Made by a program: the position numbers and the translations under genes
Notes under the pieces: model-generated
What the model was told of the DNA's origin: nothing
The model's database searches: none
Seen by the model: only the letters and a program-made list of their open reading frames with translations
In this document: in pieces, positions 1 through 12,993 of the stretch
Layout of the letters: each line of letters begins with the position of its first letter
Numbering within the stretch: position 1 is the stretch's first letter
Assembly (NCBI RefSeq): GCF_001194135.2
Contig: NC_068984.1
Location: forward strand, 80,179,488 to 80,243,487
Reading direction: 5' to 3'
Origin: Octopus bimaculoides
Lineage: Eukaryota
Length of the DNA: 64,000 bases

Positions 1-320
1 ATATATATATATTCATATATGCACATATATATGGATATGGATATATATATATACTATTCTATACTATACAATACTATGCTCTGCTGTACTATACTATACT
101 ATAGTACTTTTAGTTTTTATTTGTGGATAAGGCCAGGAGACATATTCATTGAACATCATATGAGAAGACAAAATCATGAACACTTAGAGACAACAGCAAA
201 ATTGAAAGTGTGAAAAGACACGTTATGCCTTTCCCAACTGGTGACAGAAAGACTAACCTAGTTTATGTATGACAATGCAGATGGGTTAAAGTGCATGATC
301 ATTAACATGAATGTTTCTAG

Positions 321-383
321 GCATATCACAGAAAGAGGAAATAGAATTTCTCAGCTTGCAATATCAAAGACTCGTTCATCATG
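321..383 (+). CDS. Candidate coding exon A of unidentified multi-exon gene (xGC-ISQKEEIEFLSLQYQRLVHH-g)
   Basis: tttctag|G acceptor and ATG|gtacct donor; 63 nt, phase 1 to 1, stop-free; the terminal g joins aa of exon B to give GAA. An in-frame ATG at 311 is an alternative start. The donor is weak. Confidence 0.55.
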
Positions 384-1104
384 GTACCTTTTGTCTGGCT
401 GTCATATTTCACTCAAGCTGAGTGAGATATGATAGCTTTTTTTCATTTTTCCATGCTAGCTTGCGTTAGATGATTTCATAAGCTGCACCAAGCTCCAATG
501 TCAGTTTTAACATGATTTCAACAGCTGGATATGCCCTTTCTTACACCAACAACTTTACAGAGTATACTGGGAGTTTTTTTGGGTTTTTTTCTGCCACCAG
601 CAGTAGTGAGACCATGTAGCTCATGAGGAAAGAAAAGAAGGCGACAGGGAAAAAGGGTTTTAAAGAAAAGACAAAGAAAAAAAGGAAAAAGCCTCCTTGA
701 CTAAACGTGAGAGGTGGAGTAGTATTGAGAAGAGAAATGTGTGTGTATGCATGCGTGTTTAAGTGCCACTCACAAATTAGTATCATTTGGTAGCTTCTAC
801 CAACATGTTGCTAATTGTTTTAAAGTGTCTACATAGTTATGAGCAGACAAAGACAGATTTAACCCAGTTGATGATGATATACCAGGAGAGAGCTGACCAC
901 TCCAACAGTCAGCTGGTATTAACTTTCAGCTGAGTTGATTAGAGCAATGTGAAATGAACTGACTTGGACAAACCACCTAATCACTTGGTCTTGTGTTTTC
1001 TCATGCAGATGCATACATGTGCGCGCGTGCGTGCACACAAACACAATTACACAGATACAGATATATATACATATAAAGAAATAGCTATATATATCTTTAT
1101 TTTA

Positions 1105-1497
1105 TTCTTTTATTCTTTTATATGTTTCATTCATTTGACTGCGGCCATGCTGGAGCACCACCTTTAGTCAAACAAATCGACCTCAGAACTTATTCTTTGT
1201 AAGCCTAGTACTTATTCCATCGGTCTCTTTTGCCAAACTGCTAAGTTACAGGAACATAAACAAACCAACATTGGTTGTCAAGCGATGGTGGGAGGAGACA
1301 AACACAGACACACACATGCATATACATATACAACGGGCTTCTTTCAGTTTCCATCTACCAGATCCACTCACAAGGCTTTTGGTCAGCTTCAGGCAATAGT
1401 AGAAGACACTTGCCCAAGATACCACATAGTGGGACTGAACCCAGAGCCATGTAGGTGGTAAGCAAGCTACTTACCACACAGCCACTCCTGCACCTAC
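1105..1497 (-). mobile_element. SINE family A copy (tRNA-like head, internal CA/TA microsatellite, AAGAGT-like tail)
   Basis: Reverse complement of the element at 6126-6534 and 43164-43540; head has A-box-like TGGCTGTGTGG and B-box-like GGTTCAGTCCC. The head end is locally duplicated at about 1500-1528. Confidence 0.9.
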
Positions 1498-1806
1498 ATT
1501 TACCACACAGCTACTCCTGCACCTATATATATTTATATATGTAAATGTCAGACAATGAGAATGAGGGCTCAATACTGCATTGGTGGATAAAGATACTTTA
1601 TTTATGTGTTAAGGTTACCATTCGTTTCATGTTAAGAAAACATCTTAACAATTTTTCCATGTGATAGGTTTGAAAATTGTTACGATATTTCCTTGACATA
1701 AAACCAATGGTAGCCTTAATACACAAAGTATCTATTTATCTATCTATCTATCTGTCTGCATATATATGTGCGTGTGTGTATATATGTGTGTGTGTGCATG
1801 CGTGTG

Positions 1807-1850
<44 letters not shown>

Positions 1851-2534
1851 AATATTTGTAGGATTCATTTCAATCAAGGTATTTTACTTGCTGCCAGAAT
1901 AAGATGGTCAACACACATTCCATATCTTATTATTTTTCCTAAACCAAATTTTTAATTTCAAGTTTGAATTCACCTGGAGAAAACTTTTTTTTCATGATGT
2001 AATCAATAAAAAATACATCTGAAACAGCTGTAATGAATTTCAACTCATCCGTGTTCTTTCTTTATGGATATATATGGATGGATAGATAGACAGATAGATA
2101 GACTTCATCATTAGCATTTTGACAGCCTGTTTTCCATGATTGCAAACATTGGATAAAATTCGTTGAGATGGATTTACTATAACTGGATACCTATCCTGTC
2201 ACTAGCCTTCCCCTGTTTTCAAGTAAGGTAATATTTTCTCATTACCAGATATACTTTCAAGAAGATTGGAAATAAAGGACACCACTTGCACAATGGTAAC
2301 ATGATACTTGTTTCCAACTATCACATGATGTCAAGGCAAGGAGACAGTACACACACATGCGCATGCATATATATGTGCAGTTATGACAGGATTCTTTCAG
2401 TTTTCATCTACTAAATCCACTCACAAGGCCATGGCCAGCCTGGTGCTCTACAGTGGAAATGATCTTGAAACCATGTGGCTGTGAAGCAAGCCTCTTACCA
2501 CACAACCATACATGTGCCTCTCTTTCTCTCCATT

Positions 2535-2577
<43 letters not shown>

Positions 2578-3103
2578 TTACAACACATGCACACACATGT
2601 ATATATATAAATATATATTTGTGTGTGTGTGTGTGTGTTATCCCTTTATTTCATTTATAACTATAGAACTGATTCATGTGTACATTGATCGCTTTAATAT
2701 TAATATATATAAATTATATACACGTTGCTGATGAGGATGTAGACGGCAATGACAGTGACATGACAAGAATGATGATGATGATGATGATGTAAGAACATAT
2801 GTATATTGATTTTAAAACAATCAATGTAATAATGAATCAGTTTTACATTTATTTATGTGATAAATAGTATAAAAATATAATAAAAGTACATAAAACTTTT
2901 GAATAAACATTTTAACAATATAAAACTTTGTTGATGTAGTCAGTATGTTATTGTATGCTATGAGTCATTCAGCTGCTTGACTTTTCGATATATTATGTCA
3001 AAAACACCAAGCCATTTTTATGTTGCTTTTTATTGTTTTATTGTTGACATTAACTAAAAGTAGTTTTTTTTTTTTTTTTAATATTTATTTACTTTTACCT
3101 TAG

Positions 3104-3149
3104 AATGCGTATTAATGTATTACACAACTATATGGTTTTCAGCTGTTAG
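3104..3149 (+). CDS. Coding micro-exon B (E-CVLMYYTTIWFSAV-R)
   Basis: Long T-rich tract ending acttttaccttag|A and strong donor TAG|gtaatt; 46 nt; only one frame is open (phase 1 to 2), matching both neighbouring exons. Confidence 0.7.
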
Positions 3150-3439
3150 GTAATTCAAAATGAAAATATTCTAACAAATATGTTGATTTGTGATGATAAA
3201 AAGATATCGGTTCTGAACGTTTGTTCATGTATAGAACCTTTATGAAACAGTATATTTATTTTTGACTGTGAGTTAAAATTCACAACTGTTATTACCCTGT
3301 TTGTAAGCTTTGGCATGCTCTAATATATTCCAGACAATGTCATGATTTCTCTCAATGTTATTTTGCACAGAGCATATGTATTTTGATAAATATATGTCCA
3401 AAGATCTTTCAAATACCTAAAAGATAATAAATCTAACTC

Positions 3440-3790
3440 TTTTACTCTTTTACTTGTTTCAGTCTTTTGACTGTTGCCATGCTGGAGCACTGCCTTTAGT
3501 CAAGCAAATCGACCCCAGGACTTATTCTTTGTAAGCCTATTACTTATTCTATCGGTCTCTTTTGCCAAACCGCTAAGTTACGGGGACGTAAACACACCAG
3601 CATCGGTTGTCAAGCGATGTTGGGGAGACAAACACAGACAGGCAAACACATACACACATACATATATATACATATACATATATACGACGGGCTTCTTTCA
3701 GTTTCTGTCTACCAAATCCACTCACAAGGCTTTGGTTGACCTGAGGCTATAGTAGAAGACACTTGCCCAAGATGCCACACAGTGGGACTG
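3440..3790 (-). mobile_element. SINE family A copy, head-truncated
   Basis: Close match to 25675-26068 (gccatgctggagcac...ttgtcaagcgatg...ccaaatccactcacaaggc). Confidence 0.9.
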
Positions 3791-3859
3791 ATCTCTTTCA
3801 AAAAAAGACGGAGAACCACAATTTAAGGTAAAGTAGTGACATAGGTTACATGAAGACTT

Positions 3860-4017
3860 TGCTATGGGGTTATGAAGCTCTCTTTGCAATCATGTGGTTT
3901 TGGCTTCAGTCCTATTGCATGACACTTTGTGCAATTGTTTTCTACATTAACTCTGGTCTGAGCAATATCTTGTGAGGGAATATGATAGACAGAAACTGTG
4001 TGGAAACCTGTCACACA

Positions 4018-4053
<36 letters not shown>

Positions 4054-4250
4054 AGATAAACAGATATGTGTGTGTTTGTGTTTTCTCACCACCACCACCA
4101 TTGCTTAACAACCTGTGTTGGTTCGTTTACATTTCCATAACTTAGCAGTTCAGCAAATGAGTGTTAAACTAAGTAACAGACTTGAGTACTGGGCTAAGTC
4201 TGTTTCACTAAGCCCTGCAAAGTGGTGCCCCAGCATGGTCACAGTCCAAG
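3860..4250 (+). mobile_element. Diverged SINE family A-like copy
   Basis: Degenerate motifs ggcttcagtcc, cttagcagttcagcaaa and gtggtgccccagcatgg in family A order. Confidence 0.6.
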
Positions 4251-4649
4251 TGCATACGTGCATGCATGTAGGCATGCATGTATATATGGTCATATGTATC
4301 TTTTTCTTTATTTATTAGAATTTTTCTGAGAAATAAGGAGTTGGTTTCTAACAAATAAACAAAGCTCCATTACTGGAATTTTGATAAAAAAAAAACAGCA
4401 ATGTGTATTAAAAGTTGAATTTGAGAAAAGTCTTGCATATTTTCACTGTTCTATTTATTGATTGTATTTGTAAAGTGCTTGTTAGCTGATAGCTTTCTTT
4501 ATCTGAATATCCTAGCTTTTCCAGTTTGTTACTTAAATATTCACTAAGCTTTGTGATTGAATTTGGTAGGCGGAAGTTACTGCCGTGTGTGTATATGTCT
4601 GTGTATGTGCTTGTGCCTCTCTCCCAGAGAGTGAGAGAGGGATAACGTT

Positions 4650-5520
4650 AACTGGGATAAATGTGAATTTGCATTTAGGGTAGAGGAACTGCATGTTTCA
4701 ATGTGGTTGTTGATAAATATTTAGAAGAGATGTTCTCATCTAAAGAGCAGCTATCCTGTATAACAGTGCAAAAATTTTCTTTTTCGTCCAAAATAACAAT
4801 ATCAGGCCTGTTGTTTTTTTTTCACTTGGTAGAAGTTTCAATGACTATCTGCTACCAATAATTCTTAGGCCTATCATTCTCTACGAAGGTAATGATTTTA
4901 TTATTGGTTACACGATTGGTTCATGCTGTGGCAAGTCAGTTTGGTAGGTCAATTTGTCCTTCCATTATCCTTTAAAATCTATCTGTTAATGACTTTCTAT
5001 AAAATGTGATCATCTATCAATAGCCAATTATGAGGTCTCTTCATAGTGTCTTCCCATAATGCAGCTTTCTCACAGCTTTCCTAACAGATTCATTGTTGAT
5101 TGTATAGATTTTACTGTTGATTTTGGTACTACATTCTTGCTTTATTGTGTCTAACCATGTTTCATTCTGATGAAAATCCTTACTTCCATTCCAAATCTTA
5201 GAGAAAAATTATTAGAGATTTTCCTGGAAAAGATGGCTCTTTTCATTATGATATTGTTTTTCTTCATCCTCCTATATATAGTTTGAAGACTGGAAGGAAA
5301 TTTGTGGTATAAATCGGCTTTTTAATATTTTTTTCAATAGTAGTGTTTTTCACTTTGGGTCTTGAGTTCATGTTACAAAGTTATTGATTTTGGAGTAGCA
5401 TCTTCATTTTTATTTATTTTTCCAAGAGATGTTGTTCATGTATTTTAAGCTTATCATTTGTCATACACTTCATGCTGGCATTTAACTGTGTAATTCCATT
5501 GTGTAGATTGCTTTCTTCTA
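4650..5520 (-). pseudogene. Decayed RLE-type (R4/Dong-like) non-LTR retrotransposon fragment
   Basis: The minus strand gives, with stops and frameshifts, FFSKIWNGSKDFHQNETWLDTIKQE, TINNESVRKAVRKLHYGK and RIMEGQIDLPN (start of RT), then NNRPDIVILDEKENFCTVIQDSCSLDENIS (PD..D restriction-like endonuclease). Confidence 0.8.
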
Positions 5521-6125
5521 GTATTATTACTATCTATCAAAGATTGTTATGTTGGACTGCATCAATGTGTGTGTGTGTCTGAGTGAATGTTTACAATCTG
5601 CAGAGAACTGCACTATAGATGGTAGCACCCTCCATATGCAGAACTACAACCAGTGATATCTGTTGACATTTCCTACCAACGAATAATCTGCTCACTTTGT
5701 GTTTTCTAATTCCCCTATAATTAGAATTCACTTGCAAGAAAAACAGGTATGAGTTGGCAACAGCAAGAGCATCTATCTGTAAAACTTTTTACCTCAAGTA
5801 CCTTCCCATACAACCCTTATTAGCCTAGAAAAAAATGGATGTAGAATGCACAAGTATATATATCATGCAATGTTAGATATTAGTGAAAGGACATCTGTTC
5901 TGCACTGCTGGTTTGCTGGCAAATTACAATGAAATAAACCATCTCATTGAAGAAGTAAATGTTTGCATAGCCAATGATTATGTATACTTAATTTAAGAGC
6001 AGCAACTATGACTGGTATAAGTATTAGAACACATGGCCAGTAAGAAGGAGATAAGTGGTTCAATTATGATCCTTATTTATTAAAAGTGTTTTAATTAAAA
6101 TTCTAACCATTACTTTATTATCATA

Positions 6126-6534
6126 TAGGTGCAGGCATGGCTATGTGGTAAGAAGCTTGCTTCCCAACCAGATGGTTTTGGTTCAGTCCCACAGTGTGGT
6201 ACCTTGGGCAAGTGTCTTCTACGATAGCCTCAGGCCAAACAAAGCCTTGTGAAAGGATTTGGTAGATGGAAGCAGAAAGAAGCCTGTCGTATATATATAT
6301 ATATATACATCTATATTTATGTGTATGTGTTTATTCCCCTGCCATCATTTGATAATCGATGCTGGTGTGTTTATGTCTCTATAACTTAGTGGTTCAGCAA
6401 AAGAGTCCAATAGAATAAGTACTAGGTTTACTAAGAATAAGTCCTGGGATCAATTTCTTTGACTAAAACCCTTTAAGGTGGTGCTCCAGCATGGCTGCAG
6501 TCGAATGACTGAAACAAGTAAAAGAATAAAGAAT
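6126..6534 (+). mobile_element. SINE family A copy, full length
   Basis: taggtgcaggcatggctatgtggtaag head, ccttgggcaagtg, TA microsatellite, and tail gaaacaagtaaaagaataaagaata. Confidence 0.9.
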
Positions 6535-7422
6535 ATGCATATGTAGAGCAAGCAGTTGACCTGAGAGAAAAATAAATGGTGGCACTGTGTTTCTAGGAAG
6601 AACATTTTAATTTAACATTATTACCAGTTACCTACTTGCCTCAGGGTTTCTTGTTCATGTAAGAGAGAATAAGTTAGTATTGACATAATTAATGTGTGAA
6701 TCATTAAATGGTCAATGACAAATAAACTTGTAGCAAAGAGGAAGATAAAATGATATTTATGAATAGCAAATACTTCCAACAAGCAGGGGAGATAATTCTG
6801 AGCTTGTTTGGGCATTATTTTGATCTCATCAGTGAAGTATATTCTACATCATAACTGCCAAAGTAGCATAAGAATACAAAAAGTTCAAAGAATGGAATAA
6901 ACGTTATGCATTGAACGAGAAATTTAATGTCTTGTTTCACACAGAACTCTTCAACGCAAAGAGAAAAGAGAGAAACTGTTTACTTGTGTTACTGGAATAA
7001 ATAGATTTGGATTATTAAGAGTAGTTAAGTTTCAGATCAGTGTTCATAATTTGTTTTACTGCTTCTTTTATTGCATCAAGAATCTGATACTTATAATAGG
7101 CTGGGGTGTGTACGACAACCCATTTTGCACATTTTACTCATTATGCACATTCTGTCATCACCAGGTGAATATTTTACTTTCTTTTGAGGGCTTCCCATCA
7201 AATGCATGTGTATGTGTGTGAATGTATGTGCACAAGCATGCGCAGTCACATATGCGATCATAAAAAAAAAAGAGAGAAAATACACTCAATATGTATTTCA
7301 TTGTAATACTTTAACAAATATGATTTTGTTGATTTTAAACCTCCATATACATGCATACATTTCCCCTTCGTTTATGTATACTTATGTGTGAGTATATGTG
7401 TGTGTACATATATATATATTTA

Positions 7423-7453
<31 letters not shown>

Positions 7454-7613
7454 ATGTATACACACACACACATGACTGATGTACATTTATTCTATATCTG
7501 TTTGTCNNNNNNNNNNNNNNNNNNNNNNNNNNNNNNNNNNNNNNNNNNNNNNNNNNNNNNNNNNNNNNNNNNNNNNNNNNNNNNNNNNNNNNNNNNNNNN
7601 NNNNNNNNNNNNN

Positions 7614-7644
<31 letters not shown>

Positions 7645-8712
7645 CAAGAGAGAGCAAGAGAGAGAGAGAGAGAGACAGGTGTTTGTGTGTGTGTGTGTTT
7701 GTATCAGGAAGAATAACTTCAAAGTGACATGTTTACTATCTCCAGATCATAATATCAGTTTTCCTTTTTCAATTTGTCTTATTTTATTCTTGAATTCTCC
7801 TCATTTCTGTAAACTAATATATGATATTATTCAATAGCATTCTTCTTACACATACTTACATGCATGTAAGCATATGCATGCATATGTTTGTCCATGTATG
7901 TATGTATGTGCATGTATGTATGTATGTATGTATGTGCGTGTAAGTGAGCATGGGCTTGTATGCGTGTTTATACTGAAATGCGTATATACTCTCTTAAAAA
8001 TTTAGGCTTGTGCATGCACATTCACTTTAACACGTTTGCATTTATGTATGCATATTTCTACCCCCATCCACCACCTCTCTCTCCTCCCTCTCTCTTTCTC
8101 ATTAAGCATACACAAACTACCTTTCCGAAATAAATACACACTTTTCATGCTTTCATTTTCATGCATGTATGTACATACACTCTTTTGCATATTCACATTT
8201 ATAAACATAACTTTCTGTCTGTCACTCTCTCTTTATCTATCTCATCTTTTCTCATCCCTATCCCCCTCTGCCCCCCCCTCTCTCTCTCTCCCACACACCT
8301 CCATTGGTTATAGTATATTGTCCAACTAAACTAACCATATCACTGTTTACTGGCTATTTATTGTGTTGCATTAAAGAATGTCACATTATAGTGAATGTTG
8401 TCATAAAACCTTGAGATCTATAACAACAGAATCACACACACATATATATATATATTTTTGTTATTCTTTCGGAATATATATTTTTTTCAATATTCTGAAA
8501 AACAAAACAATAAATATATATAAAAAGAAATAAAAAAAAAGCAATCAAAAACAAAATCAATGNNNNNNNNNNNNNNACAAAATCAATATTCAAACATGAA
8601 AGATCAAGTACCAAACCTAAAAGCAATATAAAAGAAACACTCTTAAACTTTTCAACTAACAACCTCCACCAATCTCATCCTTATAGAAGTATTGAAACAA
8701 ATGTGTACGCAT

Positions 8713-8751
<39 letters not shown>

Positions 8752-9189
8752 CGCAAACAAAACAAAAAACAACAAGCAAAAAAATAAAAGAGGAAAATAT
8801 AAGACCAAGAATATCTGCAAAATATTCTCTGATAACCAGTATACTTATCTTCAACTAACATCAACAGACATTAACATCATTGTAGATATTTCAAAGACAG
8901 AAAACTTAACACATTGACAAGGAGGAGTAGGAGGAGAAGGAGAAGGAGGAGGAAGGTGGGGGTTATAGATAGAAGAGAGCATAAGATACAATAAATATAT
9001 CTAAAACGCACTACCACTACCGTTCACAATACCTTGATATTTCCCAAGCAAAATAATGGCCTGAACAAAAATATATATGATAATGTAGAAATTAATAAGA
9101 CCCCCATCCCACTCACCCACCCACTCTCATGGATTTATGTCAAACCCATACTTTGATGAAATAGAATAAAAAAATTTTCAAAATCACAA

Positions 9190-9565
9190 ATTCTACAGTT
9201 CATTTGAAACATGGAAATCAGGTGACCCCACTGGTACCTGTGCCTGTGACATGTAAAAAGCACCTATGCTGGTGTCACATGAAAAGTGCTAGTGCTGGTG
9301 CCACAAAAAATGCACTTGTGCTGGTGCCTTGTAAAAAGCACTTGTGCTGGTCCCACATATACAGCACCTGTGATGGAGCCACATAAAAAGCACCCAGTAC
9401 ACTCTGTAAAGTGGTTGGTACTAGGAAGGACAACCATTCGTACAAACCATGTTAAAACAGACAGTTGAAGCCTGGTGCAACCCTCTGGCTTTCCAGCTCT
9501 TGTCAAACCATCCAACGCTTGTTACTATGGATAACGGATGTTAAATGATGATGAAAATGATGATG
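9190..9565 (+). mobile_element. Family B (RTE-tail, GAT-tailed) element with six 26-bp tandem units
   Basis: Units of tgtgctggtgccacataaaaagcac at 9239-9394, then gtggttgg..ggaagg..ccatccaac and a GAT tail. Confidence 0.85.
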
Positions 9566-9917
9566 AATCTCTAAGAGGTGACCCAGCCTATTAGAATTTA
9601 TGGTTGAATCATCTCCAAATCATACCCATTGGATTATCCAATATTAAATTGACTCATCATTGTCATTTCACATGAATGTTTCATGCTAGCATGGATTTAA
9701 TGATTTGACAAGGATCTGAGGAGTCCAACAATTGCATCATACTCTGATGTCTGCTTTGGGATTGTTCCTATGGCTGCATACCCTCCCTAATACCAACCAC
9801 TTTACAACGTGCACTGGGTGCTTTTTAAGTGGTACCAACACTATTGAGGTCATCATGTAGCTCACAAGTCTACAAACAAATGAAAGTGGAGTACTGCATC
9901 CTTACGTAAGATGCAGG

Positions 9918-10133
9918 TTAACCTTTAGCATTGGTCAAATGTAATGCTTATTTATTGATACTGCTTTGTATTAATCATGCATTACCTTGTAGCACTGAGA
10001 TTTCAATGATGTGGTTGTTTGTTTTAGACTGACATTGCAGTGTAGGTGTGAGAGGCTAGATCTAGCTAGTTTAAACATAAAGAAGGTACAATATTTGCAC
10101 CTGATATGGCTGGTTTGAATGCTAAAAGATTAA
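9918..10133. mobile_element. piggyBac-like MITE
   Basis: TTAA at 9918-9921 and 10130-10133 flank inverted termini cctttagcatt / aatgctaaaaga. Confidence 0.7.
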
Positions 10134-10143
10134 GGTGAAAACA

Positions 10144-10182
<39 letters not shown>

Positions 10183-10199
10183 TCATAGCTGAAATGTCT

Positions 10200-12130
10200 T
10201 TATTCATATATCAGTTTTATCTGGCTGAATGAGATTTAAACAACACAAACTCAAGAAAAATCCTCTACATGATGATTCAATCTGCTAGAATTAACAACTG
10301 AATCATCTTCAAATCACAGGCATTGGATAATACAATATTAAATAAACTATCCCAAAACAAGATAGGATGGTATAGCCGGAATGTTTATCATGTATGTTTC
10401 ATCTGACTGAACTGGATCTATAGAGCAATACAAACTAATGAAAAAACCTTGATATGGTGATTCAGTCTGCTAGAATTAACAGCCAGATCTCTTCCAAATG
10501 ACACACTACCATCCTAAAAAAGGAAGGACATATTGGATAATGTAATCCTAGGTATATGTTCCACAAATGAAGATACTTTGATCCCAGAGCTGTTTGATTT
10601 GTGTAGGTTTAACTGTGTCTCAAAGACTGCAACAACTCTACTTCCTGTATCATTAGTATCCAGAAGCTGATGTAGTATTAAACTGTGAGACTAGTGGTCT
10701 TGAGTTCCAATCTACTGCTGGTATTTTGCTATATATTTAAACAGTAGTTTTGATTATCCTGAGTGTCAATTAGTCTAGCTTTCAGGAACAAATACTAGAT
10801 TATCTAGGAATATTACCTCAAGTCAGTTTTGTAATTTAGCTCAAAGTCATTTTCAGATGAACAAATCTGTGATCAAAGGCACTGAAATTGTATTATGTCA
10901 GTTGGAGATATGTAGGGTTGCATTATCCAAAGTCTCCTTTCTTTACTTAAGATAGTAAGGTTGAGAGAAATTTACTTGCTATTTCAAGCAAGTTGAGTGT
11001 CCATGTTGAGATTCTCTTCTTGGCTTGTGTAACCTTAAATAAGACTGTGTACCAAGAAAACTACTGAATACTTTGCTGATCAACTTTTTTCTTTTACTTG
11101 ATGAGTCTGAAGCAAGGGCTGGTACCCATGACCTTTGCAGCAGTCTCCCCTCGCCACACCTTCCCAAGACCAGTGAGCTTGATGCTGTTAGTATTCAGGT
11201 TAAATTGTTGCAGATCACTACCTGCAGAAAAGACAAGACTAGAGAGAAGATTCCAGAGAGGCACTGTTCTGAGGAGGAAGGATTGGATTGGGAATAATGG
11301 TTAGTGACGGGGACTAAATTCAACAATAGTAATGAGAGTTGGAGGGACAAATGAGTCAAGGGTGACTGTGTGGAGGAGTTACAAGACCAGCCAGCTCTGA
11401 GAAATAGAACGTCAAATATCCTTAAATTTGATTTCTCTGTAACAGACATTTTCAACCCCTGATTACTATACCAAGCACACATGTGTGTTTTACATATGAT
11501 ATGCAAGTGTACTATGAGCGTTTAAAATGAATCAGAAAATGCCAGATTATTTAGGAAACTAAAGTGTTTTAATGCTCCACATTTGTGCATGTGTATTCCT
11601 TTGTAGCAAAGTACAATTTATACATCCATCACTGTTTTAAAACATATGTAATTCTCTTTTTGTTTTTATATATGAAATAAACCTTTTAGAAAGCTTATGT
11701 TATTCCATAACTCTTTTCAATGCCTCATTTAGAATGTCATGAATTGAAAAATGCTGAAAAACGCTGTTCTATGCCATTTAAAGAAGCATGCATATAAGAA
11801 CTCTTATTCTTTATTCTTCTTGTCATCTAACATATTTCCACTCCTGGACTTTGTACTAAACAATCATTCTTCTTTATGGTCATAAATCATCAGTTTAAAC
11901 CAACAATAGAGCTACGAAGGAATCAAAAGGCTCTGCCACTTGATCACTCAGCCTGCTAGAAAAAACAATTAAATCTCCCTTAAACCATACCCTACCAATG
12001 TAAAAAAAAGTCAAAGGATACTTCGAATTATATAGTCTAAGATAGATTATTCATGAAAAAATAGTTGGATGGTTATGATTTAAACATTTTTGATTATATG
12101 TCTACTGGATAAAGGTTGTCTAGGACTAAC
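10200..12130. repeat. Cluster of an unclassified ~200-bp interspersed repeat (partial copies ~10200-10600, 10850-11030, 11900-12130; also 15190-15600)
   Basis: Shared motif gagggagatttggctgctatttctagcag and its reverse complement in diverged forms. Confidence 0.55.
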
Positions 12131-12139
12131 CAACAAAAG

Positions 12140-12445
12140 ACATTCGAGTGAGGTCATTGCCAGTGCCGCTGGACTGACTCCTGTACAGGTGGCACATAAA
12201 ATACACCATTTTGAGTGTGGCCATTGCCAGTAGCGCCTGACTGGCCTTCATGCTGATGGCATGTAAAAGAACCCACTACACTCTCGGAGTGGTTGGCATT
12301 AGGAAGGGCATCCAGCTGTAGAAACTCTGCCAGATCAGATTTCAGCCTGGTGCAGCCATCTGGTTTGCCAGTCCTCAGTCAAATCGTCCAACCCATGCTA
12401 GCATGGAAGGCAGACGTTAAGCGATGATGATGAGGAGGAGGAGGA
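12140..12445 (+). mobile_element. Family B element with two ~62-bp subunits
   Basis: gccagt..actggc..ggcac..aaaa subunits, then cccactacactctcggagtggttggc...gttaagcgatgatgat. Confidence 0.9.
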
Positions 12446-12993
12446 AGAGGATATTATCATGCACACACACACACATGTACCAGTTGAATATTCCTACCAA
12501 ATATTTTTTTAAAATATCCCTAACCGTCAAACTTTCATAATTATGCTGCTTACCTACAAGTTATGTAATAGAGATGATGCACACTTGCACACACACACAC
12601 AGTGTTTATTACAGGTAGCATTTTCTAAAAGATCTAGCTTTTCTTCTTTACAGCTATATGAATAGGAACATATATAATTAAATGTTTGGGCAGAGAATCA
12701 GAGTGACTTAGAAACGAATGACTTATGGTTTGACATCCAGTTACCTTATGGATCCATCACTCCATTTAATAACATCATATTAGCAATATTCATTGTTGGT
12801 TGCTCACCTACTCTATTATTATTATTACAGCCCTTTCTTCCTCTTTTGCTGTATCTACTGTTGCTATTACACTTGCTAAATAACTATATAAAAGGTTTCC
12901 CCATTGGCTCATTTCATTGCTATTGTATGATTAGATTTATTGGTGATGTTATTAATGTATATTTAATTTCAATGTTTCTATTTCTTTCCACAG

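Noticed and set aside
19-213. ORF ending GDIFIEHHMRRQNHEHLETTAKLKV as an upstream exon
   Set aside because: Weak acceptor, and the only donor (aaa|gtgtga) is phase 0, incompatible with the phase-1 start of exon A.
9239-9394. CRISPR-like array of 26-bp repeats
   Set aside because: No unique spacers, degenerate tandem units inside a retroelement, a eukaryotic context and no cas genes.
12224-12265. Apparent compensatory change GTGCC/GGCAC to ATGCT/GGCAT in the hairpin module
   Set aside because: Both end changes fall in CpG dinucleotides and are explained by deamination, so this is not evidence of selection.
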